Of a DNA stretch of 64,000 nucleotides, positions 1-14,506 are shown in pieces. A program made the translations under genes and the position numbers. Location of the stretch: NCBI GenBank assembly GCA_000320545.1, contig ADNK01000517.1, forward strand, positions 1 to 64,000. The letters run 5' to 3'. Position 1 is the stretch's first letter; each line of letters begins with the position of its first letter. The DNA is from Bigelowiella natans CCMP2755 (lineage: Eukaryota; Protista; Cercozoa). Under the pieces are notes generated by a model. That model saw only the letters and a program-made list of their open reading frames with translations, ran no database searches and had not been told where the DNA came from.

Positions 1-196
1 CCATCCATGCATCCATCCATCCATCCATCCATCTACTGAGCTGCTGCGCTGGTGGTGGTGGTAATGGTGGCAATTATGATGCAATGAAGGTGGAACATTT
101 TATTACTTCTTCCGCACAACCAATCGTCTTCCCCCCCCCCCACTCCTCCTCCTCCTCCTCCTCCTCCTCCTCCTATTTCTGCTTTTCACCTTGCAG

Positions 197-717
197 GAGC
201 TCTACACGCTCGCAACGCTATCCGTGGACTACCGTGGTCACAGGGTGAGTGTTCTTGCTTTCAGTAGCAGCACGTGTGTGTATGTGCGCGCGCGAGGCTT
301 GCCAAAATGATGACTCATCATCATCAACCTCCTGTCGTTGGGCAATTGTCGTATCGTAGAGCATGTATTACCAACTAGTACTACTATTACCACCATCGTC
401 GTCGTCATCATCAATCGTTCGATCTCATACCCTGAGGTATACACACACACAACCTTTCATATAGGTGCTGGCGCAAAGCATCATCCCTGGGATCTTCCAT
501 GGTGATCAGGCCTCCAGCCACGTCTACGGGTGTATGGACAGCACCGACACCATCAAGTTTGATACCAACTTCCACGGCCTGATGCAGAAGGCAGCGGAGA
601 AGCTGCACATCAAGGAGCACACGCTCATCGATAAGGACGGTTCTAATGTCACCCTGGCTTCTGCCATTGAGACGAAGGGCATTATCGGGTACTTGAAGAA
701 GGGAGGGGGTGGCGGGA

Positions 718-761
<44 letters not shown>

Positions 762-862
762 TGCATCTACATACACATCGTATCTGAAACCCAATGATCG
801 ATGCAATGTGGGCTGCAAGAAGAGTCCTCACTATCCTCACACCACCACCACCACCATGCATT

Positions 863-895
<33 letters not shown>

Positions 896-926
896 TCCGC
901 TGCTGCTTCTCCTGCTCCTACTTCTA

Positions 927-960
<34 letters not shown>

Positions 961-1044
961 ACACCGTGTTGCATGTCACATTGGCCCTCATCAACAATGG
1001 CTGCTGCTTCTTCTTCTTCTTCTTCTTCTTCTTGCTACTACTAT

Positions 1045-1083
<39 letters not shown>

Positions 1084-1788
1084 GCTACCTAGATCTGACC
1101 GCCGTCACTACGTGCTGGACCTTACTCGCGTGTTTCCACGTGATGCCAACTTTCCTGACTACAAGCAGCATCCAACCGCCTTGCTACGGCCGGAGCTCAT
1201 CATGCAGTACTGCTGGCAAAAGGTGCGGGAGCAGCTCGAAAGGGCCAAACAAGAGGCGATCAAACGGAAGAAAGAAGAGCAGCAGAAACCAAAGAAAGAA
1301 CCAGCAGCCGGCGATAAGAACCAGAAAGCTGCAAAGGACGATGGGGATGAGAAGAAGAAGGGTGAAAGTGTTAAGGAGGCTGCTGCTGCTGCTGCTGCTA
1401 CTGCCGCTGCAGGGGGAGACGACAAGAAGGAAGAGACAGAAAGGGAGAAGAAGAAGGGCGACAAAGCATCGTCATCATCATCATCATCATCGTCGTCGTC
1501 CAACCCTCTGGAAGCTCAATTAAACAACATCAAGCTGGCCAATATCAGACTCAATACAGACGTGTTCTGTGACCTTAAGTTCGCTGATGAGAAGCAGATG
1601 CGGAAAGATGAGGATGATGTCGTCGAGGCCGCCGGATTCCTTCTCAGGCGCGTGGTTCCACATTTCGCCGCGCAATGCAACAAGCTGCAGCAGTCTCCTC
1701 TCGATGGCGCCCATCTCGTTCGACTGATGCACAAGAGCGGTTTCTGCTTCTAACATGCACCTCTCCTTCCCCCCTCGTGAAACTAACT

Positions 1789-1823
<35 letters not shown>

Positions 1824-4349
1824 CGTATGTATGGATGCATGTCCAATGATGATAATGATGACAGTCTCGATTAGTTTACTGTCATTCCTGATGAGAGACT
1901 TGATGTAAATATATAAATGGCTGGTAGTGAATCACAAGCATCATCGTTGTGTCAATTTACCACCGAGGCATGTTATGCTGCATACTACCAATCCTCTCCT
2001 CTCTCCTTCACAACCTTTTGACACTTCTTGCTCCCCCCCCTCTGGTTCTCTTCCCTCCGTCTTCTTTCTTCTTCTTTCTTCTTCTTCTCCTTCTCTTTCT
2101 TCCTTAAAATAAAGGCATCAACGTGCGTTACCTGGGTCAGATGGCTGCGCTGGCGGTGAAGCTAAACATGCCTCACATCGCGCAGCTCTGCACCTCGGAG
2201 ATGATCGTGAGGGCGGCAAAGCACCTTCTGAACGGCATGTTGCGAGGGGTGAAACCCGAGTTGGGCGAGAAGCAAGAATCATGGTTCCTGGGCCCATGCA
2301 TCGCTCGCTTCCTCAACTCCTTCCTCGGAGCTCACTGCTGCGGGATAGGGCTGAGCGAAGACCAGCTTGCATCCGCCGGCAAGGTGCTTGACCGCCTGGA
2401 GAAGGAGCATGGGGGCAAGGACATAATGGCGAGTCGCTATTTCAAGAAGACGCTTCCGAGGGGCCGGAAGGGCAAGCACGGGGGGTCGCGGAAGAAGAAC
2501 AGCAACAACGGTGAGGCGCCCATCAAGCTCGCCAACGGCAAGCGAGCGCCTACGGACCCCCTCTCCCCCGCGAACCTGTGGGTGTCAATCCTGAGACTGG
2601 TGCAGAAGAAGTACAACTGCAAGCTGCCCCCCTTCCAGAAGGCCGTCTCGAGCAGACGGAAGCTGTGCATGCTCAGAGGGCTCTGCAAGAAGGTCGGAAT
2701 ACAGCTTGCCTGCAGGAACTACCGATTCTCCTCCTCAGCCGCCGCCCCCTCGTTCAAGGTTGAGGACGTGTTGGACCTTGTGCCGGTGGTCAAGACCATA
2801 GAGCTGGAGTCGAAGGATGCCGCCGAGTGCCTCAAGCAAGCCAAGATGTTTCTCAGCATCAACCACCTCCACCACGCCTACGCCAAGCTCTCCGACGCCC
2901 AGGTGGTATACCTCGTCGGGCGATTAGTGACCATGTTTCCAAAACTCAAAATTCTGTAGTATTATCATTCATCATCCTGAGCATAATCATTATCATCGTT
3001 CTTATAATTATCATTATTACGTCTACTGCTGCTGCTACTGCTACTACTACTACTACTACTACTACTACAACTACTACAACACTGTTATTGCCCGAGTATC
3101 AAAACTATCTTACGCCTAATTTCGTACATTCTGAATTAATACAGAACATTCTGCACCAAACGTATGGTCCAATGCACTCCCAGACGGGCCATTGCTATGC
3201 GCTGTTGGCGCTTGTCTGTTACAGGGCACAAGATGTGAGTAGCAGCATTTGCAGCAGTAGTAGGAAGAGAAAGGGGGAGGAGGAGGAGGAGGAGGAAAAG
3301 GAGTAGTAGTAGTGGTAGTAGGAAGTAATATATATATGTACTTACACATATGTATTCATAAATGTATAACATCCATATACAATCTCTATCATTTCCCCAA
3401 CAACAGATACCGCAAGCCGTCGAGATGCAGCAGAAGGCCCTCTTGGTGTTTGAGCGCACGCTCGGCCTTGACCATAGCGAGACGGCCTACGCGCACAGCA
3501 CGATGGCGCTGTTCCTGCACTCCATGGGGCAGCCTCAGGTGGCGCTGCGCCACATCAAGCGCTCCCTATTCCTCCTCGAGCTCATCTGTGGTCCCTACCA
3601 CCCCGACGTCGCGGCCGCGCACATCAACATCGCCATGATCTACCAGGACTCCAAGCAGGTTGGCCGCGGGCTGAAGCACCTCCGGAGGGCCAAGGAGGTA
3701 TTCACGACTGTGTTTGGCGACAAGCACTTCCAGATCGGCCTCTGCGACCACACGATTGCCGTTGCTCACAGCTTGATGGGGAACTTCAGAGAGGTAGGAG
3801 GGGGAAGAGGGGGAGGGGGAGGGGGAGGAGGAGGAGGAGGAGGAGGAGGAGGAGGAGGAGGCTTGGGGGGCAGTGATAGTAGAAATAGTAGTCGTAGTAG
3901 TAGTAGTAGTAGTAGTAATAATAGGGGTTAATGCTGAAACTGATCAAAGGGCTCCTATTAATAATCAGATATTGGGTGACTACTAGTCGCTGTCAATATC
4001 ATTTTCGAACTCCTCCACGGCCTAATCCCCATTCCCCCCCCCCCCCCCCCCCATGCCTACATAATCACTAAATGCTGCTGCTGCTGCTGCTACTCCTGCA
4101 GGCAATTAAGTTCGAGAAGAGTGCAAAGTCCATCTATAGCGACAACGGCCGTTACGAAAAGCAGGCACAGGAATCAAAGTTGTGGCTCAGCTGGTTCACT
4201 AAGCAAGCCGTTGAGGTAGCAGCAGCAGCAGCAGCATAAGTAGTAGTAGGAGTAGCAGTAGTAGGAGTAGTAGTAATAGTAGTAGTAAAAATCCCATCGA
4301 AGAAAGGATTCTAACTTTAGCTTGTGAGTGAATCACCAGTTCCCTCTAC

Positions 4350-4392
<43 letters not shown>

Positions 4393-5113
4393 TCATCATC
4401 ATAATCATCGCTAATCAAATGTATCTTGTCTCTCCTCCACGACAACAACAACATCAACAACAATCAGGTGGAGAAGGGGCTGAGCAAGAAGGGAGGACTT
4501 ATCCCTGTGCATCCTAACCTTTCGCCTTTCGTCTGGGTGTCTTTGCAGAAGATCGTGCCGTCTCGCATCGTCTCCCCGGCTGAAACGGTCTGTAGGATGA
4601 TGCAGGATTCATCGCCGTCACGCCTTTCCCTCTCCAAAATAACAATGATGATATGATACCCTATTCACCCTAAAGAGCATATTGATTTATGTCTGTGCGT
4701 CTCTGTGTGTGAGGGAGGGTGGGGGTGGCTCTGTGTGCGCGTGTGGATGCGAGCGTTCATCCAAAACTTATTCTTGCTTCTGCTCTCTCTGAAATACCAT
4801 TAATACAATCCAATAGATTCAGCTATATCGTCGTAGTGTCGCAATGAGGCAGCAGCAGCAGCAACAACAACAAAATGCTGCAGCAGCAGCAGCAGCAGCA
4901 ATATCTTCATCAACTAGGGTAAATGGCGGCGGTGGTAGCAGCACAGGAGGAGGAGGAGGAGGAGGCAACCAAACATCAACGGCACAAACAGAGCCCTTGT
5001 CCAAATCCCAGAAGAGGAAGCTGAAACGCAAGCTGCAGAAACAACGCCAGAAAGCTGAGAAAGAAGCAGCTGCAAAGAGGTCCCAACAGCAGCAGCAGCA
5101 GCAACAGCAGTAG
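197..5113 (+). CDS. CLU1: Clustered mitochondria protein homolog (CLU/CLUH/TIF31), 5'-partial, spliced
   Basis: Exons approx 197-244, 465-688, 1093-1739, 2115-2902, 3145-3234, 3407-3793, 4102-4215, 4468-4587, ~4823-5113, joined by GT-AG introns. They give [26 protein letters not shown]...[25 protein letters not shown]...LLRPEL (Clu domain), MHKSGINVRYLG (eIF3 p135/central domain) and C-terminal TPR repeats (QQKALLVFERTLGLDHSET; ICGPYHPDVAAAHINIA). Confidence 0.93.
689..1092. repeat. Compound microsatellite intron, representative of dozens in the window
   Basis: (CT)n, (CCA)n, (CAT)n, (CTA)n and (CTT)n tracts follow one another within a single 404-bp intron. Similar arrays occur in introns of CLU, LEU1, 14-3-3, the DUF3626-like gene and trhO. 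Confidence 0.95.
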
Positions 5114-5754
5114 GGGAGCAGCAACGTTAAAAGAGACTAAACCCCGACATGATGATACATGAAGCGGACAGCCGACGATGACACAACAAACCATACGTAC
5201 TGAAGAGGCTGCATCACAGAGTATACGTGTGTACTGACGTGGACAATTATCATCACTATCTATATCACCACCATCATTGTCGTCTATCCCGGGTTGTATC
5301 GTATCCGATCCGACAGCAACGAATACCAAGCCACGCACTATTGCCTACTACACGCTTACTGCAGTGGACAACCGAGCGCGTTCTCTTCACGCTGGACCAA
5401 GTTTACAATGTACATGCTTTACATATATTTATGCAATGTATACTGTGTCTACGATCATGACGAAGGCGAAATAAATCAATCTATATATTAACTGCACCAA
5501 TGCATACATGTAGAAGTGCGAATGCACTAATAACAAGCCTATCTAACATACCTGTGTTATGTTGTGAATCGCAACCCTTAATCTGTTTAAGCACTTATTG
5601 TGACATGTTATTCATCATGGTTATTAGAATAATGTCAATCTAGCAATCTTGCATGCGTAGCAGATCGAGCGCATATACGCATCGTATATATCGTAAAGAT
5701 CAAACAAGTACAATTTAAGCGCTGTAGCCGCGGCTTACACAGCTAAATTACAGA

Positions 5755-5968
5755 TTAGGACGACAAGTGAATAAGCTTAACTCATTCATTATTACACCCG
5801 TCTCATAGATCATATAGCTTTCTTGTAGCTAGAAGGATTCGAAGCGCCTGTCGTAGCACGTGCTGCTCGCATGCTAGTAGCATGCATGGCCATGGCGTAC
5901 AATAAGTGAGACGGATAGATGCGTAATAATGAAATGATTGCATTTTTCAATTGTCATCCTATAGCATG
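5755..5968. repeat. Degenerate ~60-bp inverted repeat pair (dispersed family)
   Basis: aggacgacaagtgaa...cattcattattacacccgtctca (5757-5805) is inverted relative to tgagacggatagatgcgtaataatgaaatgattgcatttttcaattgtcatcct (5907-5960). The same motif recurs at 45657-45975. Confidence 0.6.
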
Positions 5969-6541
5969 TACGACAATAGCAGAAGTCATGAAGAGCGGTG
6001 GCCATAGCTCTTATCTAGCTTATGTGCTGTTCATTCATTTCTGCAGTGGCATGCTGCATCTAGCTAGCATGCATCATCATAGTACGTATCGTAGCGTAGC
6101 ACGCGGGGTTGACATATGGCTCATTTGTATCTTACTGTGTTCGCGTGTGTGTGCGTGTACATATGTGTTGTTTAGACATCTTTATGCGGCGCGATGAAAT
6201 ATACATATGTGGCCATGAACGACATATGCGATGCGTATTGTAGCTATGCATGCTGCATATTAGCGATGGTGGTACTGCCGCGTGAATAACAAGAATATAG
6301 TTCTACATGTTCGATTTCTGAAATGATAATGAGCTATAAAAGTGACGGATGGTAATGCAGCGTGAAATTTTTATAAATTTGGTCCTGTAATAGCGATAGC
6401 CTAGAATCTTTGCCTCGGTGAAATCAAATTTCATGTTTGAGTTTTGAAACGCCTACATTAAAGGCGGTTGATCGCAGTCTAATTGGGTCGATTGCACCTC
6501 GTTAAAGTAATACTTTAGACATCACTTTGACAGATCCATCC

Positions 6542-7822
6542 TTACATTTTTTTGTTTCCAATAAGCGCTTCTTGCTCGTCATCTTCCTCCCCATCCAAAA
6601 GTCGTTCTTTTTCAGTGGCTCTTTCAACGTCGACGACGGAAAGCTTTGCCTTCTCGGCGAGTTGCTCCTTCATGGTAAAGTAGGAGTTACCAGAGAAGGC
6701 AATCATAGCAATGATAATTCCGGCAATGCTGAGAGGAGAGGCTTTCTGAGGGAAAATGAAGAAACTTGTGAGAATGGCAAGAGCACATCGTAGTCCTCCA
6801 GTCACGCCGTAGTACACCGAGGAAGTCATCTTGATGAAAATAGTGGTGAAGAGATTATAAGTGAAAGCGAAGGTACCGCCAGCGATGATCAATCCTGCAA
6901 TCACTCCAAAACCTTCTCTTTCGATCGACTGGCCAATAACAGCGAACTCTCCCATTCCGTAAGACCAAGGAAGCAGCACCACAATAGATGGAAGTGTTGC
7001 GTAGAGGAGAACATCGAAGACATGGAGTCTCACGGAAGCATCACCCATCATCAAGGCAGTCATCACAATACCAAGAGCTTGCCCAAGGACCGAACCTCCG
7101 CAAATAAGAAATCCGAGGAAATCAAAATCGGGAGAAGTTGCTACACCCATTACAACTCCTCCAACCAGAGCAGAAAGAGTGAGAAGCTTTGGCAAGCTTT
7201 GCGTCCTGCCTTCGATAAGGTATGCGGTCACGCCGATAGCCACTGGAGAGAAAGATCGGATGAGCTGGTTGAGTGCCAGGGTCGTGAACTGCAGGGAGAG
7301 ATTGTTCATCCCAATGTTCATTACTGAACAAGAAGAATCAAATAAGAAGTAGGAATTAGTAGGAATGTGGCATTACACAAAATGAATCAACAGGAGCCAA
7401 AGCAAACAATAGATTTAGGTAGTCTCTAGTTCAGGAAACAGACCGAACGCAAGAGGGATCAGCATAATCTTGGTCACGGTCGCTCCGCTTGTGATTGGAG
7501 TTCTTGTGTAGAAGCTTGGTGGAGAAACCTGCCACAGCATGAATGCCCCAAGGAAACAGAAGATCTGATGGGTTGCCGTGACGAAAATAGGAGCCTTCAA
7601 TGGTCCCGAGAAAACGTACTTGTTGAATACGGAAAATCCCACTGTTGAAACAAGGATATAGTGAGATTGAGGCAAAATTCAAATGAATATACGTGAAAAA
7701 CTCTACGCACCAGACTCTCCACAGCAAATCAATAAGAGAGTGAAGACCAGTACAGCGTATAGGAAACCGGACATCTCCTTCCGCGCTACTGCGCCTTGAG
7801 AGTTTTTATTTTGACTCGGCAT
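6542..7822 (-). CDS. Triose-phosphate/nucleotide-sugar transporter family protein (DMT/SLC35E-like), spliced
   Basis: ORFs 7415-7675 and 6542-7321 give multi-TM segments with family motifs FNKYVF, PIFVTATHQ, NIGMNNLSLQFTTLALNQLIRSFSP and AFTYNLFTTIFIKMTSSV. ATG at 7822; short GT-AG introns. Confidence 0.85.
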
Positions 7823-8407
7823 GGTGGGAGTAGGTGAGGGGTGAGGTGCACGGGGTGATCAGGGATGGTAAAGGTAATGTTCGCGACTTGGTCATCAAGT
7901 CGTAACACTGTCGAATGACATGAAAAGGTCTGCATTTTCTAAATAAGACATTTTAACTCTCTCAGACTTTGGGGCTCGTCGTTTACGCAGCAGAACAGAA
8001 ATTACTATCCAAATGCCACCCTATTTTTTTTAATATGAGGCACATTATGATGTCGTATATAATATTTTAAGAAAAACAACGACGGAGAGAATTATTTTTT
8101 GATCCAAAAATAGAACTACGTCGCGATCAAAAACCAACATCTAGGTCTACGTCTGACGTTACGTTTTGCGTATTCGTTGGCTGCAGGAATATTTATTAAT
8201 GGAGGAAGTTTAGGCATATTCACCTTAAATATTCCGATTTTCATGTGATTTTATCAAACTGTCGCTACTGTCGGAACAATGTACAAATTCGAGGGAGTTG
8301 GCCACAAAATTCATCGTTATTAAGGGAGAAACCTGAATAATGCAGTGCGTCAATACGACAATGTCAATTCCCCAGCAGAAAGTCTAGATAACCGGGATCC
8401 CACTCGA

Positions 8408-9236
8408 ATGCCGGGGGATATTGCGATTCGGTCATCAGAAGGGCTAGCACCCGATGGCGAACGTCGTTGGTGTTGGCAAGGATGCAATAGCACAATCAGC
8501 ATGCACCTGGCAGGGTTTAGAACAAAATATAGTGAAGAAGATATCGTTTTAGTTGTTCTGATTTTCTTGGCCTTCTGTTCTCTCCTACCGATCCAACAGG
8601 TGAATATTGTTCGCCATTTTTCGTACCCGCTGCAGCTGCTGTAGTGGGAATGGCAGCTCTCTCGACTCTCTACCTAATACCGATAACTACAAGCCTACTT
8701 CCGGTTCATGTTTTCATCAACTTCCGTTTATCGTGTTAAATTTAAATCTGTTGGTGCATTGTCTAAAACTTCTGCAGGAGATCTTCGTCAACTTTATCAT
8801 AACCCCACTTTTTGGGAAAACAAAGCTTCTCTCTGGTTCGATCTTTCGCTTACCCGATTTATCACCTCTTATGGCTCACTAACGTTTGCTTTATCAGTCA
8901 TATTCTGGGCAGCATGGTCCGCACATTTTGCGGAATCTATCTATGCTCTGTAAGAAATACACGGTATATTTGCGTTGAACTAAGTGTACCTCCTCAACAG
9001 GATTATGCTACATAGAGCTGGGATCGGGACAATAGCTCACAGAATATCATGGTGGCTAGCTACATTTATACTCGGGTAATGAAGTTAAATAACACAGACA
9101 CTAGAATCTGGCTGATAGCATCCTCCTTAACACTTGAACACATCGAACGTGATTTCACATTAGATATCCAAGCCTCGGGAAACTAATTTATTGCCTGAAA
9201 CAAAGAGACAAAAATCTGAGCAGAAAATATAAGTAG
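8408..9236 (+). CDS. TMEM254/DUF4499-like small membrane protein, spliced; 5' end unresolved
   Basis: Spliced product ...VIFWAAWSAHFAESIYALIMLHRAGIGTIAHRISWWLATFILGYPSLGKL... matches the AwxxHxxEaxYA...W...TFxxGxxSL pattern of TMEM254; stop at 9234-9236. Confidence 0.65.
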
Positions 9237-9779
9237 TATTATAGCAGAGCGCAAGTTACACATCGAGAGCATCATTTCGCATCTGCACTTCAGACAAGGT
9301 TAAATGAATAAGGAGCTTCGCGATTAGAACATTTTGGATAGGATGCATACTGCATAAGAGTTATGATATTCTGAAATCAATTTGAAACATAGCAAAAATA
9401 GCTTCTTTCTGGGACTCCATGGCATTGGGAGACGTAAAAAAATATTTACACGTACTGCATTGACATGATTCATGTTCCTCTTAATAGATACAGCATGCAG
9501 CAGGGATTGTTTGTCCAGCTACACATTGAGTATGTTTATATATTCATGTATATGTGCATAAAACATATACCATGTATGTGCTCATACTCCGCTAGCGGCA
9601 TTGGGCATTTTGGTTTCAACACTGTCTTTGGAGAATTCGTCTATCAGCTTGTTTAGACAACAACGTACGAAATAGAAGATGTCTGACCTGGAGTTCGTTC
9701 CGTTGCATTGCATTGCATCAAACTCATGGACACACATGCCATGCACATGTCATGACATGTGTGTGTATGTGTGTGTGTA

Positions 9780-9835
<56 letters not shown>

Positions 9836-10334
9836 CGCATAGCTAGATAGCAAACTACGTACACATTTGCGCACAAATGTTTGCCAGCACAAGGCTGTCA
9901 TGCGTGCAAAGTGCACCTTGCTAGCTTGCTCTATAGAGCTCACTGGCGCAACATTTTTTTAGAGGCTTTTGACCACTACGATTTGTGCCAAAAAGCGCAT
10001 GAAACTCCTAAATTAAGGAAGCGATGCACATGCACCTGCGTGCACGAAAGTCTGGTCCATCAATCTGCCAGTCATGCTGCTACTTGTCTTGCAATGCAAC
10101 GTTTTGTAGCATGTGAGGAGATACTATGTCAGATGGCTTGTACATGGTCTTGATGAAAGCAAAATTGCTTGAAAAGCAACAAGCTTTCAGAAAGCTCTGT
10201 GTGCTACACTGGACAATGTGCAAGGATCGAGGCAAACATTGCATGCACATGCTGCAATGCAACATGCCTTATACACACATTCATGGTACCTACGCGTGTT
10301 TGTAGATAGACCAGCAGGTTTCTCTTGCACATGT

Positions 10335-13265
10335 CTAACTTATTAGATTGGATTGTTTTCCTACTTTTGGTACACTCTTCTTCCACATTTCCAGGTTTTC
10401 ATCAGCATGTCTTGGACTGGAATTACCCTTGGCTCTATTCGTGTGCGATATCGGTGTCAATGGCCTCATATTCGGGTACTTTGTCTGATTTCCTTTACTA
10501 TCAATTGCCTCATTTGATCTTATTCTTTCATAATCCTACGACACATATTTGTAACAATAAGTATATGTAATTCTACTGTTCTGATTGTATTTACTTCTTC
10601 TGCCTGGGGATTTGTATCGAATTCTTTAATTAGAACAGTAACGATTTTGTGCTGGGACTTCAGATCACGAAGAATTGACTGCATTAAAAGTAGAGGAAGT
10701 TGGGGAGAATATGATACTGCTTCATGCTTCAGGTTGTATCTCCCCTTTAAGTTAAGAAAAATAGATATACTCGAATCTAGGTGAGAAAAGAAATATAATA
10801 CATTTGGGGTTTCGTCCGTGCTTCGAAGGATATTCGGGGCAAAAACGATGGCAAGATTTTTTTCGGTCCTACAAACCAAACCAAGATTACAAACTTCATC
10901 AAATTATCGAAAGAACTTACATTTTATTCAGCTCGGAGCTGCTCGCAATTTCTTTTAAAAGAGCAAACAAAAGTCGAAAAGTTCTCCAATGAAGCTGAAA
11001 AACATAAATTAGTAATACCCTATTTTAAATGCAATAAAATACGCACCTCAGGCAGATGTGAGATTACGTACTCGAAGATCTTTTCCGTGGAGTTCGTCCT
11101 CTCCAGCAATATAAGTTTGTTATACCTTTATGGGCAATAGGCACACATCGTTTCACATTTATTATATATTTTTGCGACGGCAAACGAAAATGTTGACATC
11201 TTTGAGGGAATCAATGGATCAGAGAGATTTCGCAAAAATTTCTTCAAGATGCCTAAATTTTAATTGACTGTGAGATGTCACGATTTTTGCATCTGTTAAG
11301 ATACACACCTGCGACGACATGAATATCCACAGAATCCCAGTTTATTTCCTTGTTAGAATCGATTTGCCTTGCTATTCTGATAATATCATTTTGAAATAAA
11401 AAACTTAGGAAGAAAATGTAGTTTTTACTCTCGTAGTTCTTCAGCATTTCCACTTTTTCGAAATATTCCTTCAACTTGAATTCCCCTACGCCTATCCGAA
11501 GCTATAGTTATGAACAATAATGATTTGTTGAGATTTTGCTTGATCTATACCATAATGTATCAAGTGTCTGGATGACAATTCGAGGGACTCCTACGCTCGA
11601 GCTTCCATCTAAAGGAAAATGCATACTCATATATTATTTAACATCAGGAAGAATATCCGAGCTACCTTCCTGCCTAATAAGATCTTCTAACCCCCGCCGG
11701 AACACAACAGAAGATTTTCGACGTACACCTTGTGTCCATTCCGGGCTGTCAGGATGTGAATATTAGACGAATGTTAACGAGGTTTAACTTTCTCTCGAAA
11801 TATGGGACTTGAAACGGAACTTTTCATTATTTTTTAAAACGTTTAAAGAAGAGACTATGACCTTTCCTTTAAACTTGTCTGTCTTCTGTCTTTTCTTTTC
11901 CTTTTAGAAAAGAATCATATGAATTGTATATCATTGAATTTTGGACATTGTATTAACTTACTTTCGGAAAAATCGTATCGCCCAAGTGATGAATTTTCTG
12001 ACATTCTTTATCGGTGAAAATTTTTTCATCTTGATTCTTACAAGTGATTTATTCTTCGTTCGATTCCTGTTGGATAGTTTCTTCCTCGGCACAGCCATAC
12101 TCTGGGTGACATTCACCATCGATATTCTCGGAGATTGTGTACGAGAAGCTGGAGCACTTGCAGCAAGTCTCAGAGTAGGGGGTTCATGAACTTTAACTTC
12201 CATATTGGCAGACTTCATTCTACTTTGTAGAGCACTCTTATACGATTTTAATCTAGTCATGAGGGAATCAACCTATGATGGTAATATTGTATCTCCGTGC
12301 AAGGTTGCTTGACCAAATTATAGCACGTTCACTCGTTCACTGACCTTTCTGATGTATGTTTCCGTAATGTTAAGTTCATTGGAGAGCCATTCTCGTTCTA
12401 GATTCTAAATTTGTATTTCCAAGGAAAACAATAAATAGGAATGTACCAAAGGTAATTAATTATACTCATAAATATATTTGCTTGGGAGTATACCGTGGAG
12501 GATGTTACTTTGTCAGATTTAGACTGGAGTTTACGAATCCAGCTGTCATTTGGGCTATTTCAAGCATCAAGCATAAATTAATTAGGGAATGCACGGCTCA
12601 TGGAAGTCGAGAGAAACCTCCATTCTGTTGAAACGTCTGTGTTATCGGCATTTACTCTCTGAAAGGAAGATTTATGTAAATCAAATCAGTATGTAATGAT
12701 CAAGTATTACCTTTTTCTTTTCTCTGTAGTCGCTGAACATTATCCCTTCTCGCCCTCGCCCAAGAGTCAGTGTGACGACAGATATTGTATTTTCACTTGA
12801 CCTACCGTGTTCCGAAGGCACTTGAACATCTGTTTCAACGCAGAGGCTGTCACGGGGCTGTAGTTTTCTTATGTCTTGACTCCTCGATTTGTTCCTCCTC
12901 GGTATTGGTGGCCTCTTTGCTTGTTTCAATGATGAGGAGGTCATTTTCAACTTAGATGATGGAGATCTTGGAGGTGGGGGTGGAGGAACATGCTTTCCAT
13001 CACTATCAACCGATTCAATCTTGCGGCTATGTTTGAAGTCACGTGGTAAAGTTTTACTTATATATGGTGTGTTGAATTTTGCAGAGGGTTGCGAGTAAGA
13101 TAAAGTCGATGGCGGGGTCTTTGCTCTATCTTTTTTTGGCAATAATTTTGTCTGGTTCTTTCTTCGAGGTGGGGGTGGGGGAATGTGATCAGATGAATGA
13201 CTTGTAGATTCTTCTCGCTCTTGTGGCATTTCTCTTGGTTTTGGATCAGCAGGATCCACCGCCAT
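10335..13265 (-). CDS. RhoGAP domain protein with Pro-rich N-terminus, many short AT-rich introns
   Basis: Spliced segments GVPRIVIQTLDTLWRRGIQVEGIFRKSGN (arginine finger present), DIHVVAGILKKFLREISDPLIP and NLAIVFAPNILRS. N-terminal PPPPPRR motifs in ORF 12681-13265. Confidence 0.88.
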
Positions 13266-14506
13266 CTTTGGTGCTACCTATGTTGCTATATGTCACCGAT
13301 ATTCTTTTTCGCTAAAATTTACGGTACATGGGCAACTATGGTGAAATGAGAGACAAGGTAGTTAGTGAGCTGGTTTCATTCTATTCATGATAAATCGACT
13401 TTTCGAGTGAGGCTTTCTACCATCGGTGCAACCAAATGTTCCCCCCTCTTATCTTTCCCGCGTTTCTAACTTGTTATTTTGATCTAACCATGCGGATTCC
13501 CTCTTGTTCGCTACTTGATCGTGACTAGCACCACTAATTTTCAAATTAACATCTCTGTTTCGAGAAAAACTGTAAGCTAATCTTTACCTAAAACAAATGT
13601 GAGATGCTGTCGTACGTAAAAATTGATGTGCATCTAGGCAACTGCGCAAACAACTACAGCTCGTGCGACTTTGAAATTTCCATAGATTTTGTCGTTTGTG
13701 CTATTCTTCACCCACCATCTTCAGCAAATGAATCAAATGAATGGAAATTCATCTAAGCGACACGGGTAAAAATTGAAATACGTTTCTTGAGTCCGTTGGC
13801 ACGTTGGCACAATACCGGTATTCCGCCATGGTCACTTCGAAAGATCTGAGCTGTTTCCAAGCTACGTCATGCATTCACTTGCTGTCTAGAAAATTGCATT
13901 TTTTTTCCTCTGATGTCATCAAAGAAGAGCAAGAATTCAAGGAGTTTGTCTGTCATTGTTTGCTGGCGTATCATCTGTCATTTTTGACTTGCTGCTTTGT
14001 CAAACAAGACACACAGAAGGATGCTCTGCCATCAAGTTCATGTGAACAATGTTTCCATTCTCCTCATTTCATCTGATGAATTGACTTTGCAATCAATTTT
14101 AGCCTTGTTTCATCAGCCACTTCGTGAAGAGGAAACTCGAATTACGTCTTAAGAAAAAGACGAGCTCGACGAACATCAAGCCACTCATCAAAAAAGTTCC
14201 CGCGCTCGTCGCATGAAAAGTATTTTGCAAGCGCGAACAAATGTCACAAGATGTGCGCCGTGAGCGCAAAATTGGAGGAAAAGGGCTCCTTATCAGCTTA
14301 CTCGGCTCCTGGGAACACCTAGAAGTCCCGCAAGTGTCGTTCCAAATGAGAGTAATTGAGGAGAGCTGAATGCAAAGACATCAGCAAGATCAAGACGTAT
14401 GACAGGTTAGAGCAATAACGAGGGTCTGAAAAGGACTATAGTGCTCGCTGGAAGAGGCGTCAATATCCAGCAAGCCACCAATATCCAGCAAGCCACCATT
14501 GTCACT

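Noticed and set aside
524-1523. Many ORFs with poly-H/Y/S/L/M or ER/CV runs (here and at 20799-21884 and 52210-56611)
   Set aside because: Stop-free microsatellite tracts in introns, or antisense to real exons.
14459-14500. 18-bp tandem duplication (NIQQAT x2) upstream of the zinc-finger ATG
   Set aside because: Simple slippage duplication; nothing further supports a function.
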